A DNA stretch of 32,000 bases from Desulfobulbus propionicus DSM 2032 (GTDB taxonomy: Bacteria; Desulfobacterota; Desulfobulbia; Desulfobulbales; Desulfobulbaceae). The notes under the pieces are model-generated. The model did no database searches, was not told the DNA's origin, and saw only the letters and a list, made by a program, of their open reading frames with translations. Position numbers and translations under genes: made by a program. Below, in pieces: positions 1 through 11,084 of the stretch. How positions within the stretch are numbered: position 1 is the stretch's first letter; each line of letters opens with the position of its first letter. The stretch spans positions 3,090,001 to 3,122,000 of the forward strand of contig NC_014972.1 in NCBI RefSeq assembly GCF_000186885.1, given 5' to 3'.

Positions 1-239
1 CTTGCGTAGAAGGTAAAAAGGCCCTATATTGAGCCCTGGACCCATAAAACAAAAAAGCCCCATGCTCGATGATTGGCGTCGGAGAGCACAGGGCAAAAAT
101 GGAAGACACATGAACAATACTGCCTGCTTCAAAGATTGTCAAGCCCGCCTTAACTTTCCCACCCACCTGCCCACAGTTCCTTGTCTGTTGTACTCTATGA
201 CAATAGAGTACCCTATAGCTAAATAATTCAATCGTCACG

Positions 240-1037
240 ATGAAACGGTTATTTAGCAAACTCTCCAGCCCCCAGAGGAAGGCTCTTTATTGCCTGACCG
301 AAAATGTTGAACGTTTCGTTGGGCAGTACGGGAGGGACCGCGTAGCGGTCATGACCCTTACTTTCCCAGATCACTTAACAGACCCCAGAGAAGCATCGAA
401 GCGGTTGAACTCTTTCATGAGTAATTTCCTTCGTGAAAGGATTGGCTCTTTTATCACGGTCAGGGAATTGCATGAAAGTGGTTCATGGCATTACCACCTT
501 CTTGTTGCTTTCCAGGCCCCTATTTGCCTTGGTTTTCGATGGAAATACGCCAAGGACCACAAGGCTATCCCGGTATTCAAAACCGCAACCAAGGCCCTGA
601 AAACGCTCTGGAGAGACATTCGTGAGGCCGCCCCAAAGTACGGTTTTGGTCGTTCAGAAATCCTTCCAGTCCGAACTGGCAAGGGTCTTGCAAAGTATTT
701 CAGCAAGGTCATTCTCCAAAGAGCCCTGGACCCTGAACGATTCAAGGGTGTCCGCCTGGTCAGCTACTCCAGGAATTTCCTACGGTCTGTTGCCCGCTTC
801 GCGTGGAATAACCCGTATACCCGAGATTTCCGCCGTAAAGTGAAACGGTTTGCTACCGAATTGCTTGGTATCACTGAGAAATTGACAGATGAGCCGCCGG
901 ATGTTGATTGGCTGAGTTACCTATTCCCAGCCTGGTTCTGGCGATACGGAAAAGTCATCGACGGCATTGACCGTATCCTTGCCCAGCCGGACCTTGCCAA
1001 TATGTACCGGCACACCATCCAGCCCGCAGAGTTCTAA
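240..1037 (+). CDS. Rolling-circle replication initiator-like (HUH endonuclease) protein
   Basis: Ordered HUH Rep motifs: motif 1 VAVMTLTFPD, motif 2 SWHYHLLVAF (HUH), and a candidate catalytic Tyr motif GLAKYFSKVI. Confidence 0.7.
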   Translation: MKRLFSKLSSPQRKALYCLTENVERFVGQYGRDRVAVMTLTFPDHLTDPREASKRLNSFMSNFLRERIGSFITVRELHESGSWHYHLLVAFQAPICLGFRWKYAKDHKAIPVFKTATKALKTLWRDIREAAPKYGFGRSEILPVRTGKGLAKYFSKVILQRALDPERFKGVRLVSYSRNFLRSVARFAWNNPYTRDFRRKVKRFATELLGITEKLTDEPPDVDWLSYLFPAWFWRYGKVIDGIDRILAQPDLANMYRHTIQPAEF

Positions 1038-1233
1038 TCCTTTCAGGAAGCCCCCTATCCGCCCCGTAGAGCAAGATTTAACCCTTGGCCTATACCTAAT
1101 ACCCATTGACCTTGTTTTTTGATTGTAGGCCGTTTCTGTGGAGCTTCATTGATGGTTGACAGGTGTTCTCCAGGTGTGTTACATAATATCAAACGTTCGT
1201 ATGAAGGTTTGTAACATACCAGGGAGGAACGCA

Positions 1234-2142
1234 ATGGAAGGCCGTTTTGTGACATATTACCGAGTGAGTACAGCCAAGCAGGGCCGGTCCGGTTTGGGCC
1301 TGGAAGCGCAGAAAGAGACGGTGACCCGCTACCTGAATGGCGGTAACTGGGAAGTGGTTGGCACATATACCGAGGTGGAAAGCGGAAAGCGGGATGACCG
1401 GCCCGAACTGGAAAAGGCGATCAGGGATTGTAAGTTGAAAGGTGCCCGGCTGTTGGTGGCCAAGCTGGACCGACTGAGCCGTGACCTGCATTTCATTACC
1501 AGCTTGCAAAAGGCCGGTGTGCCCTTCACCGTTGCCGAGATGCCGGACGCAACAGAGTTGACCGTGCACATATACGCCGCCATGGCCGAACATGAACGCA
1601 AGGTTATTTCCCAGCGCACCAGGGCCGCCTTACAGGCCGCCAAGGCAAAAGGAAAGAAGCTGGGGAACCCCTGCTTACAGCGTGGCGAGCAGATACCCGG
1701 CAGCGGTGCCCCTAAGAACGCCAACAAGGCCCGGATTGAGAAGGCCGACGACTTCGCCCGACAGATGGCCCAGATCATCCAGGAAATGCGCTCTGAGGGT
1801 GATTCACTCCGGGATATAGCCGACAGTTTGAATAATGCTGGGTACAGGACCGCACGGGGAAAGGAATGGCAGGCAGCCAGCGTGAAGCGTGTTCTTGACA
1901 GGGTGACACCGAGGGAACCCGAAATGAAAATGATTGTTATGGGTGATGCTGCACCAAAGTCTTTTGACGGAACCACCCCAAAAACCCATAACCTTCTTGA
2001 TGCCCACAAAATTGTCAAACAATTCAACAAAGAGCATCGTGGCCTTAAGGCCGAGATCGGCGAAGTCATGTACAAGCAGGAGAGTTTTGTTGTCCTGGTT
2101 TTTGACACGAATGACGACAATCGGTTCTGGGGATACCTCTAA
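1234..2142 (+). CDS. Serine recombinase (resolvase/invertase family) with C-terminal extension
   Basis: YYRVSTAKQGRSGLGLEAQ, ARLLVAKLDRLSRD and AMAEHERKVISQRTRAAL match resolvase-family catalytic motifs. ATG at 1234 is preceded by AGGGAGG at 1221-1227. Confidence 0.9.
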   Translation: MEGRFVTYYRVSTAKQGRSGLGLEAQKETVTRYLNGGNWEVVGTYTEVESGKRDDRPELEKAIRDCKLKGARLLVAKLDRLSRDLHFITSLQKAGVPFTVAEMPDATELTVHIYAAMAEHERKVISQRTRAALQAAKAKGKKLGNPCLQRGEQIPGSGAPKNANKARIEKADDFARQMAQIIQEMRSEGDSLRDIADSLNNAGYRTARGKEWQAASVKRVLDRVTPREPEMKMIVMGDAAPKSFDGTTPKTHNLLDAHKIVKQFNKEHRGLKAEIGEVMYKQESFVVLVFDTNDDNRFWGYL

Positions 2143-2162
2143 AAAAAAACCGAAATCATGGA

Positions 2163-2194
2163 GTGGTCCATATACCCTACGGGTATATGACCAC
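2163..2194. other. Strong inverted repeat between convergent serine recombinase and tyrosine integrase genes
   Basis: GTGGTC-c-ATATACCC-tac-GGGTATAT-GACCAC: 14 paired bases with a single 1-nt bulge and 3-nt loop. Confidence 0.8.
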
Positions 2195-2209
2195 CCATGT
2201 GCCACTCAT

Positions 2210-3664
2210 TCAGCCCTTCACCTCTGGGAAATTCAACAAGCGAACCACTTCGTAAAGTGCCGCCAAAGGAAAAGCCTTTCCGTACCGCCCGGTTGAAATG
2301 TTCGGGTCAGAATGGCCCATAAGCTGGGCAATCTTCAGCGGATCAACCCCAGCCTGTTTCAAAGCATCGGCAAAGCAATGCCGGAATGAGTGAAAGCACT
2401 TGTTCGGTTTCCCGTCGCCCTTTTTGGTTCTTCCTATCCCCAGGGTTTTACGATAATTGGCAAACCAGCGAGAGAGCTTGTCCCCTGGCCCGTTTCCAGT
2501 GTCCCACGCTTCCGGAAATAGCCGTTCATGGCCCGCCGCCTTGGTCCGTGAAACATGGTCCAGGAAACCGCGCTGAATGATGACCGGGTGCAATGGTATT
2601 TCACGTTGAGAAGCCGTTGTCTTGAGCTTCCCAGCCTCTTTTGCAATACGGATGGCCCATAGCCCTGGTTCAGCCTCAAAAACGTCTTGAACGCGAAGCT
2701 GGGCAAGCTCCTGAGCCCTTGCACCGGTGTAGAGGGCAAGTAGGGTGCACCAATACTGAAATGGTTTGCGGATTTTCTCAGGGGTGAACCGTTCAGGGTC
2801 AAAGAGCTTGCCCAGGTCGTCCGAATCAAAGACCGCCCGTTCTTCGCTGGCCTTACTTTGAAGCCTCATTTTCAATCCCTCAAAAACATTCACCGTTGTG
2901 TATCCATGCCGGACCGCCCACAAGAAAAGGCTGGATGTCCTCTGAACCTTTTCATTGATGGTTCTGGGGTGCATCTTTGCACTGTCGGGGATGTTCATTT
3001 GAAGGAGTTGACGAACAGATTTACCGGCAAAACGACCTTTGGTCATATTTGAGGGCAGCTTGAGTAAAACTTCTTTGAAGGTGCGGGCTTCCTTGTGCCC
3101 AATGGCTGCTATATCGACATTCCCAAGGATTTGAGAAAGCAACTCATGAAGCGCTTTGTGTTCGTCGTGGGTTTTCTGAGTCCATGAGCCCTCAGTGACC
3201 TTTTCGGCCCGGTACTTTTCGGCGACCTTTAGCAACTTGCCCCCGGTTGATTCTTTGGCGGTCGAAATGGCTGTTGGTGCAGTGCTCTGGATGCTTCCGA
3301 GTAGTTGCCCGGCAACCTCTGCGTCCTTCTTGTCGCAACCCGTATCAATGACAACACCCTTGGCCTTGGCCCCACTGGGCAGGGTCAGTTCATCGAAAAC
3401 GATCTTTTGTAGGGAGTCGTCTTTTTTGGCCGGTCGTTTCCGCTTCCGCATTGGTTCGCCCTTCTCCAGTTTCTCAAAATAATCTTGCAATTCCGAGTAT
3501 AAACGATAGGCAACCGGGATTGCAACCCGCTTATCAGCAGTCCCCAGGCTACGCTTGATTTCAACTTTGCCGACGATGGCCTGAAGGTGGCCCGGAACCC
3601 GGAGCCGAAAATAAAGAAGACCGCTGGAAGGATGCCGCGAAAGAAAAGAAAATGCCCGAATCAT
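2210..3664 (-). CDS. int: Phage-type tyrosine recombinase/integrase (start could also be at 3733)
   Basis: LLALYTGARAQELAQL and CFHSFRHCFADALKQAGVDPLKIAQLMGHSDPNISTGRYGKAF contain the R...HxxR...H...Y catalytic pattern. N-terminal LLYFRLRVPGHLQ is typical of tRNA-targeting integrases. Confidence 0.9.
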   Translation of the reverse strand: MIRAFSFLSRHPSSGLLYFRLRVPGHLQAIVGKVEIKRSLGTADKRVAIPVAYRLYSELQDYFEKLEKGEPMRKRKRPAKKDDSLQKIVFDELTLPSGAKAKGVVIDTGCDKKDAEVAGQLLGSIQSTAPTAISTAKESTGGKLLKVAEKYRAEKVTEGSWTQKTHDEHKALHELLSQILGNVDIAAIGHKEARTFKEVLLKLPSNMTKGRFAGKSVRQLLQMNIPDSAKMHPRTINEKVQRTSSLFLWAVRHGYTTVNVFEGLKMRLQSKASEERAVFDSDDLGKLFDPERFTPEKIRKPFQYWCTLLALYTGARAQELAQLRVQDVFEAEPGLWAIRIAKEAGKLKTTASQREIPLHPVIIQRGFLDHVSRTKAAGHERLFPEAWDTGNGPGDKLSRWFANYRKTLGIGRTKKGDGKPNKCFHSFRHCFADALKQAGVDPLKIAQLMGHSDPNISTGRYGKAFPLAALYEVVRLLNFPEVKG

Positions 3665-3750
3665 GTACCACCCCTGTGTACCTGTTTGTGTACCAGTGAG
3701 GAATGATTCGGGCAATATATGTTGTAATCTCAACAGATTACAAATAAAAT

Positions 3751-3828
3751 GGTGGCGATGCAGGGACTTGAACCCCGGACACTACGGATATGAGCCGTAT
3801 GCTCTAACCGGCTGAGCTACATCGCCGT
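3751..3828 (-). tRNA. tRNA with CAU anticodon (probably elongator tRNA-Met)
   Basis: Reverse complement GGCGATGTAGCTCAGCCGGTTAGAGCATACGGCTCATATCCGTAGTGTCCGGGGTTCAAGTCCCTGCATCGCCACCA. Acceptor stem GGCGATG/CATCGCC pairs perfectly, anticodon loop CTCATAT, GTTCAAG T-loop, encoded CCA. Confidence 0.95.
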
Positions 3829-3861
3829 ATCTCAAAAAGCCTACGGGCTTGAACCGGAGCA

Positions 3862-3890
3862 ATATCTTAAAAATTTTTCCGTTTGTCAAC
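3862..3890 (-). promoter_or_regulatory. Candidate sigma70 promoter of the tRNA gene
   Basis: On the minus strand TTGACA-N17-GATATT, ending about 34 nt upstream of the tRNA 5' end. Confidence 0.55.
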
Positions 3891-3931
3891 AACAAAACTG
3901 TTGAGGGACAAGCCGCTTGTTGATTTTTGTG

Positions 3932-3974
3932 CAAAAAAAAAAGCCCTTTCCCGGCGAGGTCGACGGAAAAGGGC
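3932..3974 (-). terminator. Rho-independent terminator of groESL
   Basis: Minus strand GCCCTTTTCC...GGAAAGGGC hairpin followed immediately by a T-run, just downstream of groEL. Confidence 0.85.
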
Positions 3975-4013
3975 CAACGTACAGCGACAGTCAGCGCTGG
4001 ACAGCGGGACGGA

Positions 4014-5675
<1,662 letters not shown>

Positions 5676-5703
5676 TTAATTAACGAATGGATGGATATCG
5701 TTT

Positions 5704-5994
5704 TTACGCCTGAACCACACCAAGGATATCATCCTCGCGCATAATGAGAAAATCCTCGCCGTCCAGCTTGACCTCGGTGCCGCCGTATTTGGAGAACAGC
5801 ACGCGATCACCAACGGCCACATCCATGGCCACCCGCTCGCCGGCGTCATTGAGCTTGCCAGGGCCAACGGCGACGATCTCGCCCTCGGCCGGTTTTTCCT
5901 TGGCCGAGTCCGGGATAATGATGCCGCCAGCGGTTTTCTCCTCTCCTTCCAATCGTTTGACCAAGATGCGGTCATTCAATGGACGAATTTTCAT
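5704..5994 (-). CDS. groES: Co-chaperonin GroES
   Basis: [47 protein letters not shown]; the upstream extension in the ORF track is not needed. Confidence 0.98.
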   Translation of the reverse strand: MKIRPLNDRILVKRLEGEEKTAGGIIIPDSAKEKPAEGEIVAVGPGKLNDAGERVAMDVAVGDRVLFSKYGGTEVKLDGEDFLIMREDDILGVVQA

Positions 5995-6245
5995 GAGCAT
6001 TCCTCCTGTTTGATTTTTATCGATAGTGAAATAAAAAAACGTTTGCGCCGATGGGGTAGTTTGGTTGTCCAACGGTCGGCTCAAACCGTGTGTATGGACG
6101 AAAACGAAGCTTCAGTCTTCAAACTGCGCAAAACAATAGGATTGGATTTTGAAAAATCAAGGGCGGGTTGGGCGAAAAAATTATCAGCCCAACCCGTTGA
6201 AATGAAAGGAATTTGAAAAACAGGAAGGAAAAAACCGGTGGCGGT

Positions 6246-7331
6246 TCAGCCAACCCGGACACGCCATTTGTGGGGGTCTTCCCGATCGCCGAACTGGATG
6301 GCCTGCAACTCGTCGAACAGCCGCTGGGCCAGCGGACCGGTGGTGCCGCCGTTGAGCTGGATGTGCTGGTCACGATAACAGAACTCGCCAACCGGCGAGA
6401 TAACCGCCGCTGTGCCGGTGCCGAAACTCTCCTGCAGGGTGCCGTTCTTGCTGGCGGCGATCACCTCGTCAATGGTGATGCGGCGCTCGCTGACCGGGTA
6501 CCCCCAGTCGCGCGCCAGCTGCAACACCGAATCCCGGGTGATGCCGGGGAGGATCGACCCCTCCAGCGGCGGGGTGATCAACTCGCCGTCGATGAGGAAG
6601 AAGATGTTGGAGGTGCCGACCTCCTCGATGTAGCGACGCTCGACCGCATCGAGCCACAGCACCTGGGTGTAGCCCTTGTCGTGGGCCTCGACCTGGGCCT
6701 TGACGCTGGCCGCGTAGTTGCCGGCGGTCTTGGCGTTGCCCACTCCGCCCGGCACCGCCCGCACGTACTGGTCTTCCACGTAGATTCTGGTCGGGGCAAA
6801 GCCTTCGGCATAGTAGGCGCCGACCGGACAGCAGATGATGAAAAACAGGTACTCCTCGGCCGGACGCAGGCCCAGGGCCGGTTCGGTGGCGATCATGGTC
6901 GGCCGGATATACAGGGTCGCTCCCGGCGTCTTGGGTACCCATTCCTGATCGAGATAGACCATGGCGCGCAGGGCCTGGAGAACGCGGTCCTGCGGAAAGC
7001 GCGGCATGCAGATGCGCAGGGCCGACTGGTTCATGCGGGTGAAATTGTCGGCCGGCCGGAAGAGGAAAATTTGGTCGTCCTTGCTGCGATAGGCCTTCAT
7101 GCCCTCGAAAATGGCCTGCCCATAGTGAAAGACCATGGCCGCCGGATCGAGTTCGAAATTGCGATAGGGTTCGATGACCGCGTCGTGCCAGCCCTGCCGG
7201 CGGTTCCAGCGCATGGTAAACATGTGGTCGGTGAAGAACTGCCCAAACCCCAGACTGTTTTGATCCGGTTTCGGTTTCAACTGATCGGCCGATGCCTTGT
7301 GCAGCGTAACTTCAAGCTCCTTGTTGAACAT
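6246..7331 (-). CDS. ilvE: Branched-chain amino acid aminotransferase
   Basis: VFHYGQAIFEGMKAYR, LRPALGLRPAEEYLFF, LDAVERRYIEEVGTSNIFF and GTGTAAVISPVGE are typical of fold-type IV BCAT. Confidence 0.95.
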   Translation of the reverse strand: MFNKELEVTLHKASADQLKPKPDQNSLGFGQFFTDHMFTMRWNRRQGWHDAVIEPYRNFELDPAAMVFHYGQAIFEGMKAYRSKDDQIFLFRPADNFTRMNQSALRICMPRFPQDRVLQALRAMVYLDQEWVPKTPGATLYIRPTMIATEPALGLRPAEEYLFFIICCPVGAYYAEGFAPTRIYVEDQYVRAVPGGVGNAKTAGNYAASVKAQVEAHDKGYTQVLWLDAVERRYIEEVGTSNIFFLIDGELITPPLEGSILPGITRDSVLQLARDWGYPVSERRITIDEVIAASKNGTLQESFGTGTAAVISPVGEFCYRDQHIQLNGGTTGPLAQRLFDELQAIQFGDREDPHKWRVRVG

Positions 7332-7881
7332 CTTTTCACCTTGTGCTCGCCGGTTTGCTCCAACCGGTTTCGTGTTGTCTTGAACATAGATTGCGGGCCC
7401 GCGGATGCAGGAAAAAGCGGTGCTCTTCGCGCGCCGCCAGGCAGCCCTGACCGGTTGCCCACCCTTTCAACTCAAACCGCGACAATCCGGGGAGAATACT
7501 CCATAGACCTCTTTGGCACAAGCGGCGCGCGCCCATTTCGGCGTAAATTTCGCCAATCACCCGACAGCCGCGGCCTTTTTTCCTGCTCGTGGCGGCCGAC
7601 AACGATCAGGCCGTGGTTGATGACCGCAAGCCCGGCCAGAGCCGGTGACAGCCTCAGGCAAAGGCTCGGCAACAATGCGGCATCGCAAATTTTTACAGTC
7701 TCTTCTCCATGCGGTTAAAAAATTTGACAACCCTCTCCGGTGGTGAGTGAATAGGCAAGAGGACCATTCATTCTTCGTCCCAGCAACGACCACACCGGAC
7801 ATGGCCCCCACCATGGCGGTTTCTGGCTTGTTTTCATGTCGTTGTTGGGCCGCTCACCCATTCATTGCACAAGAGGTAGGT

Positions 7882-9555
7882 ATGTTGAACAATTTCAAAG
7901 TGGGAACCAGGTTGTTTTTCGGATTCGGACTGGTCATGGCGCTGCTGCTGCTCGTGGGCGGTTACGCGATCAAATCGATCAAGGGTTTGGACGAACAGAT
8001 CGAGCTGGTGGTCAACGACCGGATGGTTAAGGTCGGTCTCACCCAGGACGTCATGGACCATGTCAACATCATTGCCCGCGCCCTGCGCAACGTCCTCATC
8101 GATGACAGCAAGGACCGGCAAGCGGCCGAATTCAACCGCATCGCCGAATCGCGGAAAATCGTCGGGGAACGCGTCGAGGAACTGAACAGAAAGATGTCGA
8201 CCGACAAAGGCAAGGAACTGATCAGGAAGGTTATCGACGCCCGCGAGCCCTATGTGCGCCAGACCGAATCCTACATGGCGTTGATCAAGGAGGGACAGAT
8301 CGACCGGGCCAAGAAAATGCTGCTGTCCGAGGTCCGGGACGCACAGGGCGCCTACATAACGACAATCCAGGAAATTTGCACCTATATCGAGGAGGTGGCC
8401 AAGAAAGACGGAGAAAAGGCCGAGGTTGCCGCCAACACGGCCACACGCACCGTTGCCGTGCTGATGGGCATCGCCCTGGTCTTGAGCGCGGTCCTGGCCG
8501 TTATCATCGCCCGCGGCATCACCATTCCGGCCCACGCCTGTACCGCGTTCTTGCAGATGCTGGCGCAGAACGATTTTTCCAAGGATGTGCCGGAACTGTT
8601 TCGGGCGCGGCGCGACGAATTCGGCACGCTTGCCAACGCCACCCAAGCCATGGTGAACAACACCCGCCAATTGCTCAAGGACACCCTGCAGGGCGTGCAG
8701 GTGGTTGCCACCTCCTCCAACGATTTGGCCGCCGTTTCCAGGCATCTGACCTCGGCCGCCAAGGACACCGCCGACAAATCGGGCGCCGTCGCCGCCGCCG
8801 CCGAACAGATGAACAGCAACATGCAGTCGGTCTCGGCCGCCATGGAGCAGTCGTCCAGCAACGTCAACATGGTCGCCTCCTCCACCGAGGAGATGACCGC
8901 CACGGTCAACGAGATTGCCCACAACGCCGAGAAAGCGCGCTCCATTTCCGAGGGCGCGGTCAAACAGTCCCGCCAGGCCACGGAAAAAATGACGCTCCTG
9001 GGCGAGACGGCGCGCAAGATCGGCCGGGTGACCGAGACCATCACCGAGATCTCCGAGCAGACCAATCTGCTGGCGCTCAACGCCACCATCGAGGCGGCGC
9101 GCGCCGGCGAGGCGGGCAAGGGATTCGCGGTCGTCGCCAACGAGATCAAGGAACTGGCGCGGCAGACGGCAGACGCCACCGTGGACATCAAGAACCAGAT
9201 CGGCGGCATGCAGACCACCACCGCCACCACGGTGGAAGATATCGACCGCATCTCCCAGGTTATCACCGAGATCAACAGCGTCATCCAGGGGATCGCCACG
9301 GCGGTGGAAGAGCAGTCGGCCGCCTCGAGCGAGATCAGCGGCAATATCGCCCAAGCCTCCCAGGGCATTGCCGAAGTCAACGAGAACGTTGCCCAAAGCA
9401 CGGTGGTCATTGCCGACATGGCCCGGGACATTGCCGGCATCAATCAGCAGGCGGCCCAGGTGGGAGAGGGCAGCGGGCAGGTGCAGGTGAGCGCCCAGGG
9501 TCTCTCCGAAATGGCAGCCCAGCTGGATGCCCTGGTGAAAAAATTCAAGGTCTGA
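7882..9555 (+). CDS. Methyl-accepting chemotaxis protein
   Basis: N-terminal TM and four-helix sensor region ([12 protein letters not shown]...), HAMP-like segment, signalling hairpin [45 protein letters not shown] at 7882 preceded by AAGAGGT. Confidence 0.95.
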   Translation: MLNNFKVGTRLFFGFGLVMALLLLVGGYAIKSIKGLDEQIELVVNDRMVKVGLTQDVMDHVNIIARALRNVLIDDSKDRQAAEFNRIAESRKIVGERVEELNRKMSTDKGKELIRKVIDAREPYVRQTESYMALIKEGQIDRAKKMLLSEVRDAQGAYITTIQEICTYIEEVAKKDGEKAEVAANTATRTVAVLMGIALVLSAVLAVIIARGITIPAHACTAFLQMLAQNDFSKDVPELFRARRDEFGTLANATQAMVNNTRQLLKDTLQGVQVVATSSNDLAAVSRHLTSAAKDTADKSGAVAAAAEQMNSNMQSVSAAMEQSSSNVNMVASSTEEMTATVNEIAHNAEKARSISEGAVKQSRQATEKMTLLGETARKIGRVTETITEISEQTNLLALNATIEAARAGEAGKGFAVVANEIKELARQTADATVDIKNQIGGMQTTTATTVEDIDRISQVITEINSVIQGIATAVEEQSAASSEISGNIAQASQGIAEVNENVAQSTVVIADMARDIAGINQQAAQVGEGSGQVQVSAQGLSEMAAQLDALVKKFKV

Positions 9556-9848
9556 TTCTTCCCATTCCCCGGCGGAGTCGCTCCAGGCTCCGCCGGGCCC
9601 GTTTTCGCCACCCGCAAGCACCCCTCCTTCGACCCGTCTCTCCCCCATCAGCGCCGGCAACCGTCAACGTCAGACAGGTGCCGGCGAACCAGCCCGGAGC
9701 CCGACGACGGTCAACGCAGGTAATTTCCCCCGACAGGGCATGGAAATCACCTTGACCACGATCGTGCATTAGGGGTTTAATGCCCGGTCCGAGGCCTCGG
9801 CTGTGCGGGGCCTGTACATGCAACCCCGGATCAATCAAAGGAAACGCC

Positions 9849-10193
9849 ATGACCACGCCTGCCACCGGCCCAGCCTCTCTGGATTTCTTTTCCGCCGCTT
9901 TTCTCCTGCCCAATATCGGCGCCCCCTTCCTCGTCGGCCTGGCCGTGGGCTACTTCGCCAAGAAGGTGGTCAAGATCGCCCTGTTCCTGGGCGGGGCGGC
10001 GGTGGTTCTGCTCTTTGCCGCCGAATACTACGGCGTCACCCATGTCAACGACCAAGCCCTGCACCAGACCGCCCAGGCCGCCGCCGACCTGGCCAACCAG
10101 TCCGGCAGCTTCCTCTACGACCGTCTGTCCCGACTCACCTGGAAGGGCGGCAGCGCGGTGGCCGGTTTCCTGGCCGGTTTGAAGCTGGGGTAA
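9849..10193 (+). CDS. FUN14-family small membrane protein
   Basis: IGAPFLVGLAVGYFAKKVVKIALFLGGAAVVLLF... and C-terminal GGSAVAGFLAGLKLG, typical of bacterial FUN14 proteins. Confidence 0.7.
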   Translation: MTTPATGPASLDFFSAAFLLPNIGAPFLVGLAVGYFAKKVVKIALFLGGAAVVLLFAAEYYGVTHVNDQALHQTAQAAADLANQSGSFLYDRLSRLTWKGGSAVAGFLAGLKLG

Positions 10194-10455
10194 ATGTTTT
10201 TTCGCGGGCAGGGCCCGCCCCTACCCGACGGTCGCACCACTTGGGGCCGTAGGAGCGGGCCATGCCCGCGAACAAGGGCGAGTTGAGCGCAACGAGCGCC
10301 GGCTGGCCAAACCTACCCGCTGTTTGCCGCGCCGATTTCGGCCCTCTTTTCTTTTGCTTGCCGGGCTATGAATGCAACCGAATGCATCCGTCCCGCCAAA
10401 TGCACGTTGCTTTCGCCAGTGAAATCAAGGCGTGCGATCCTGCGCCATCCATCCC

Positions 10456-11049
10456 TCACCCTCCCTGGCGGCCATTGTAAATAACCGGATTCGTCGCGGC
10501 AAACTCCCGAAACCCCTTTAACGCCTCCTCCCGCATCACCCCCTCGATCAGTTCAATGCCCCGGTCGGCCAGCTCCCTCCGCCAGTGCTCCGGCATCGGA
10601 CCCTCGTCAAAGCCGGTGATGGCCATCATCTCGGGATCGGCGCCGGCGATGACCAGCGAGCGGATGCCGGACCAGAGCACGGCCCCAAAACACATGGCGC
10701 AGGGGCTCCAGTTGACCACCAGTTGGTGCGCGGGCAGACCGGGCCCGCCGAGGTCGTAGACGCCGAGCATCTGCTGAGCGAGCGTCAGGGCCGTGATCTC
10801 GGCATGGGCCGAGGAGCAGTTGAGCGGTATCACCCGGTTGACGCCAATCACTATCAGCTTGCCGGAATCGCGCTCAAAAACGCCGGCGCTAAAAGGCCCG
10901 CCGCTCTGGTGCTCGGTGTTGAGACGGGCAAAGCGGAGCACCGCCGCCATGCGGTCTTCCAGGCGCGGCAGGTACTCGGGCACATGGAGCAGTTCGGCTG
11001 GAGCCCAATCCGGCAGATCGAGGATGAAACGGGGCGGGGTGGTCGGCAT
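10456..11049 (-). CDS. Cytidine/deoxycytidylate deaminase-family (guanine deaminase-like) nucleoside deaminase
   Basis: Zinc-binding HAEITAL ... NWSPCAMCFGAVLWSGI (HAE + PCxxC). Confidence 0.85.
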   Translation of the reverse strand: MPTTPPRFILDLPDWAPAELLHVPEYLPRLEDRMAAVLRFARLNTEHQSGGPFSAGVFERDSGKLIVIGVNRVIPLNCSSAHAEITALTLAQQMLGVYDLGGPGLPAHQLVVNWSPCAMCFGAVLWSGIRSLVIAGADPEMMAITGFDEGPMPEHWRRELADRGIELIEGVMREEALKGFREFAATNPVIYNGRQGG

Positions 11050-11084
11050 GACGAAATCTCCGGTGAGGGTGGAAAGGGTAGGTG

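Larger units (their letters stand above)
1..3750. mobile_element. Right-hand part of an integrated mobile element, left end outside the window, abutting the tRNA(CAU) 3' end
   Basis: HUH-type Rep, serine recombinase and tyrosine integrase lie together. The integrase 5' end faces the 3' end of a tRNA gene, the classic integration arrangement. Composition appears more AT-rich than the following host DNA. Left boundary not visible. Confidence 0.75.

Noticed and set aside
29-226. 65-aa ORF upstream of the Rep gene
   Set aside because: No recognisable family, no clear ribosome-binding site and unremarkable composition; not enough evidence to call a gene.
7834-9660. 608-aa minus-strand ORF opposite the MCP gene
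   Set aside because: Antisense shadow ORF of the chemotaxis gene, repetitive GG/RR/LG composition, no recognisable domain.
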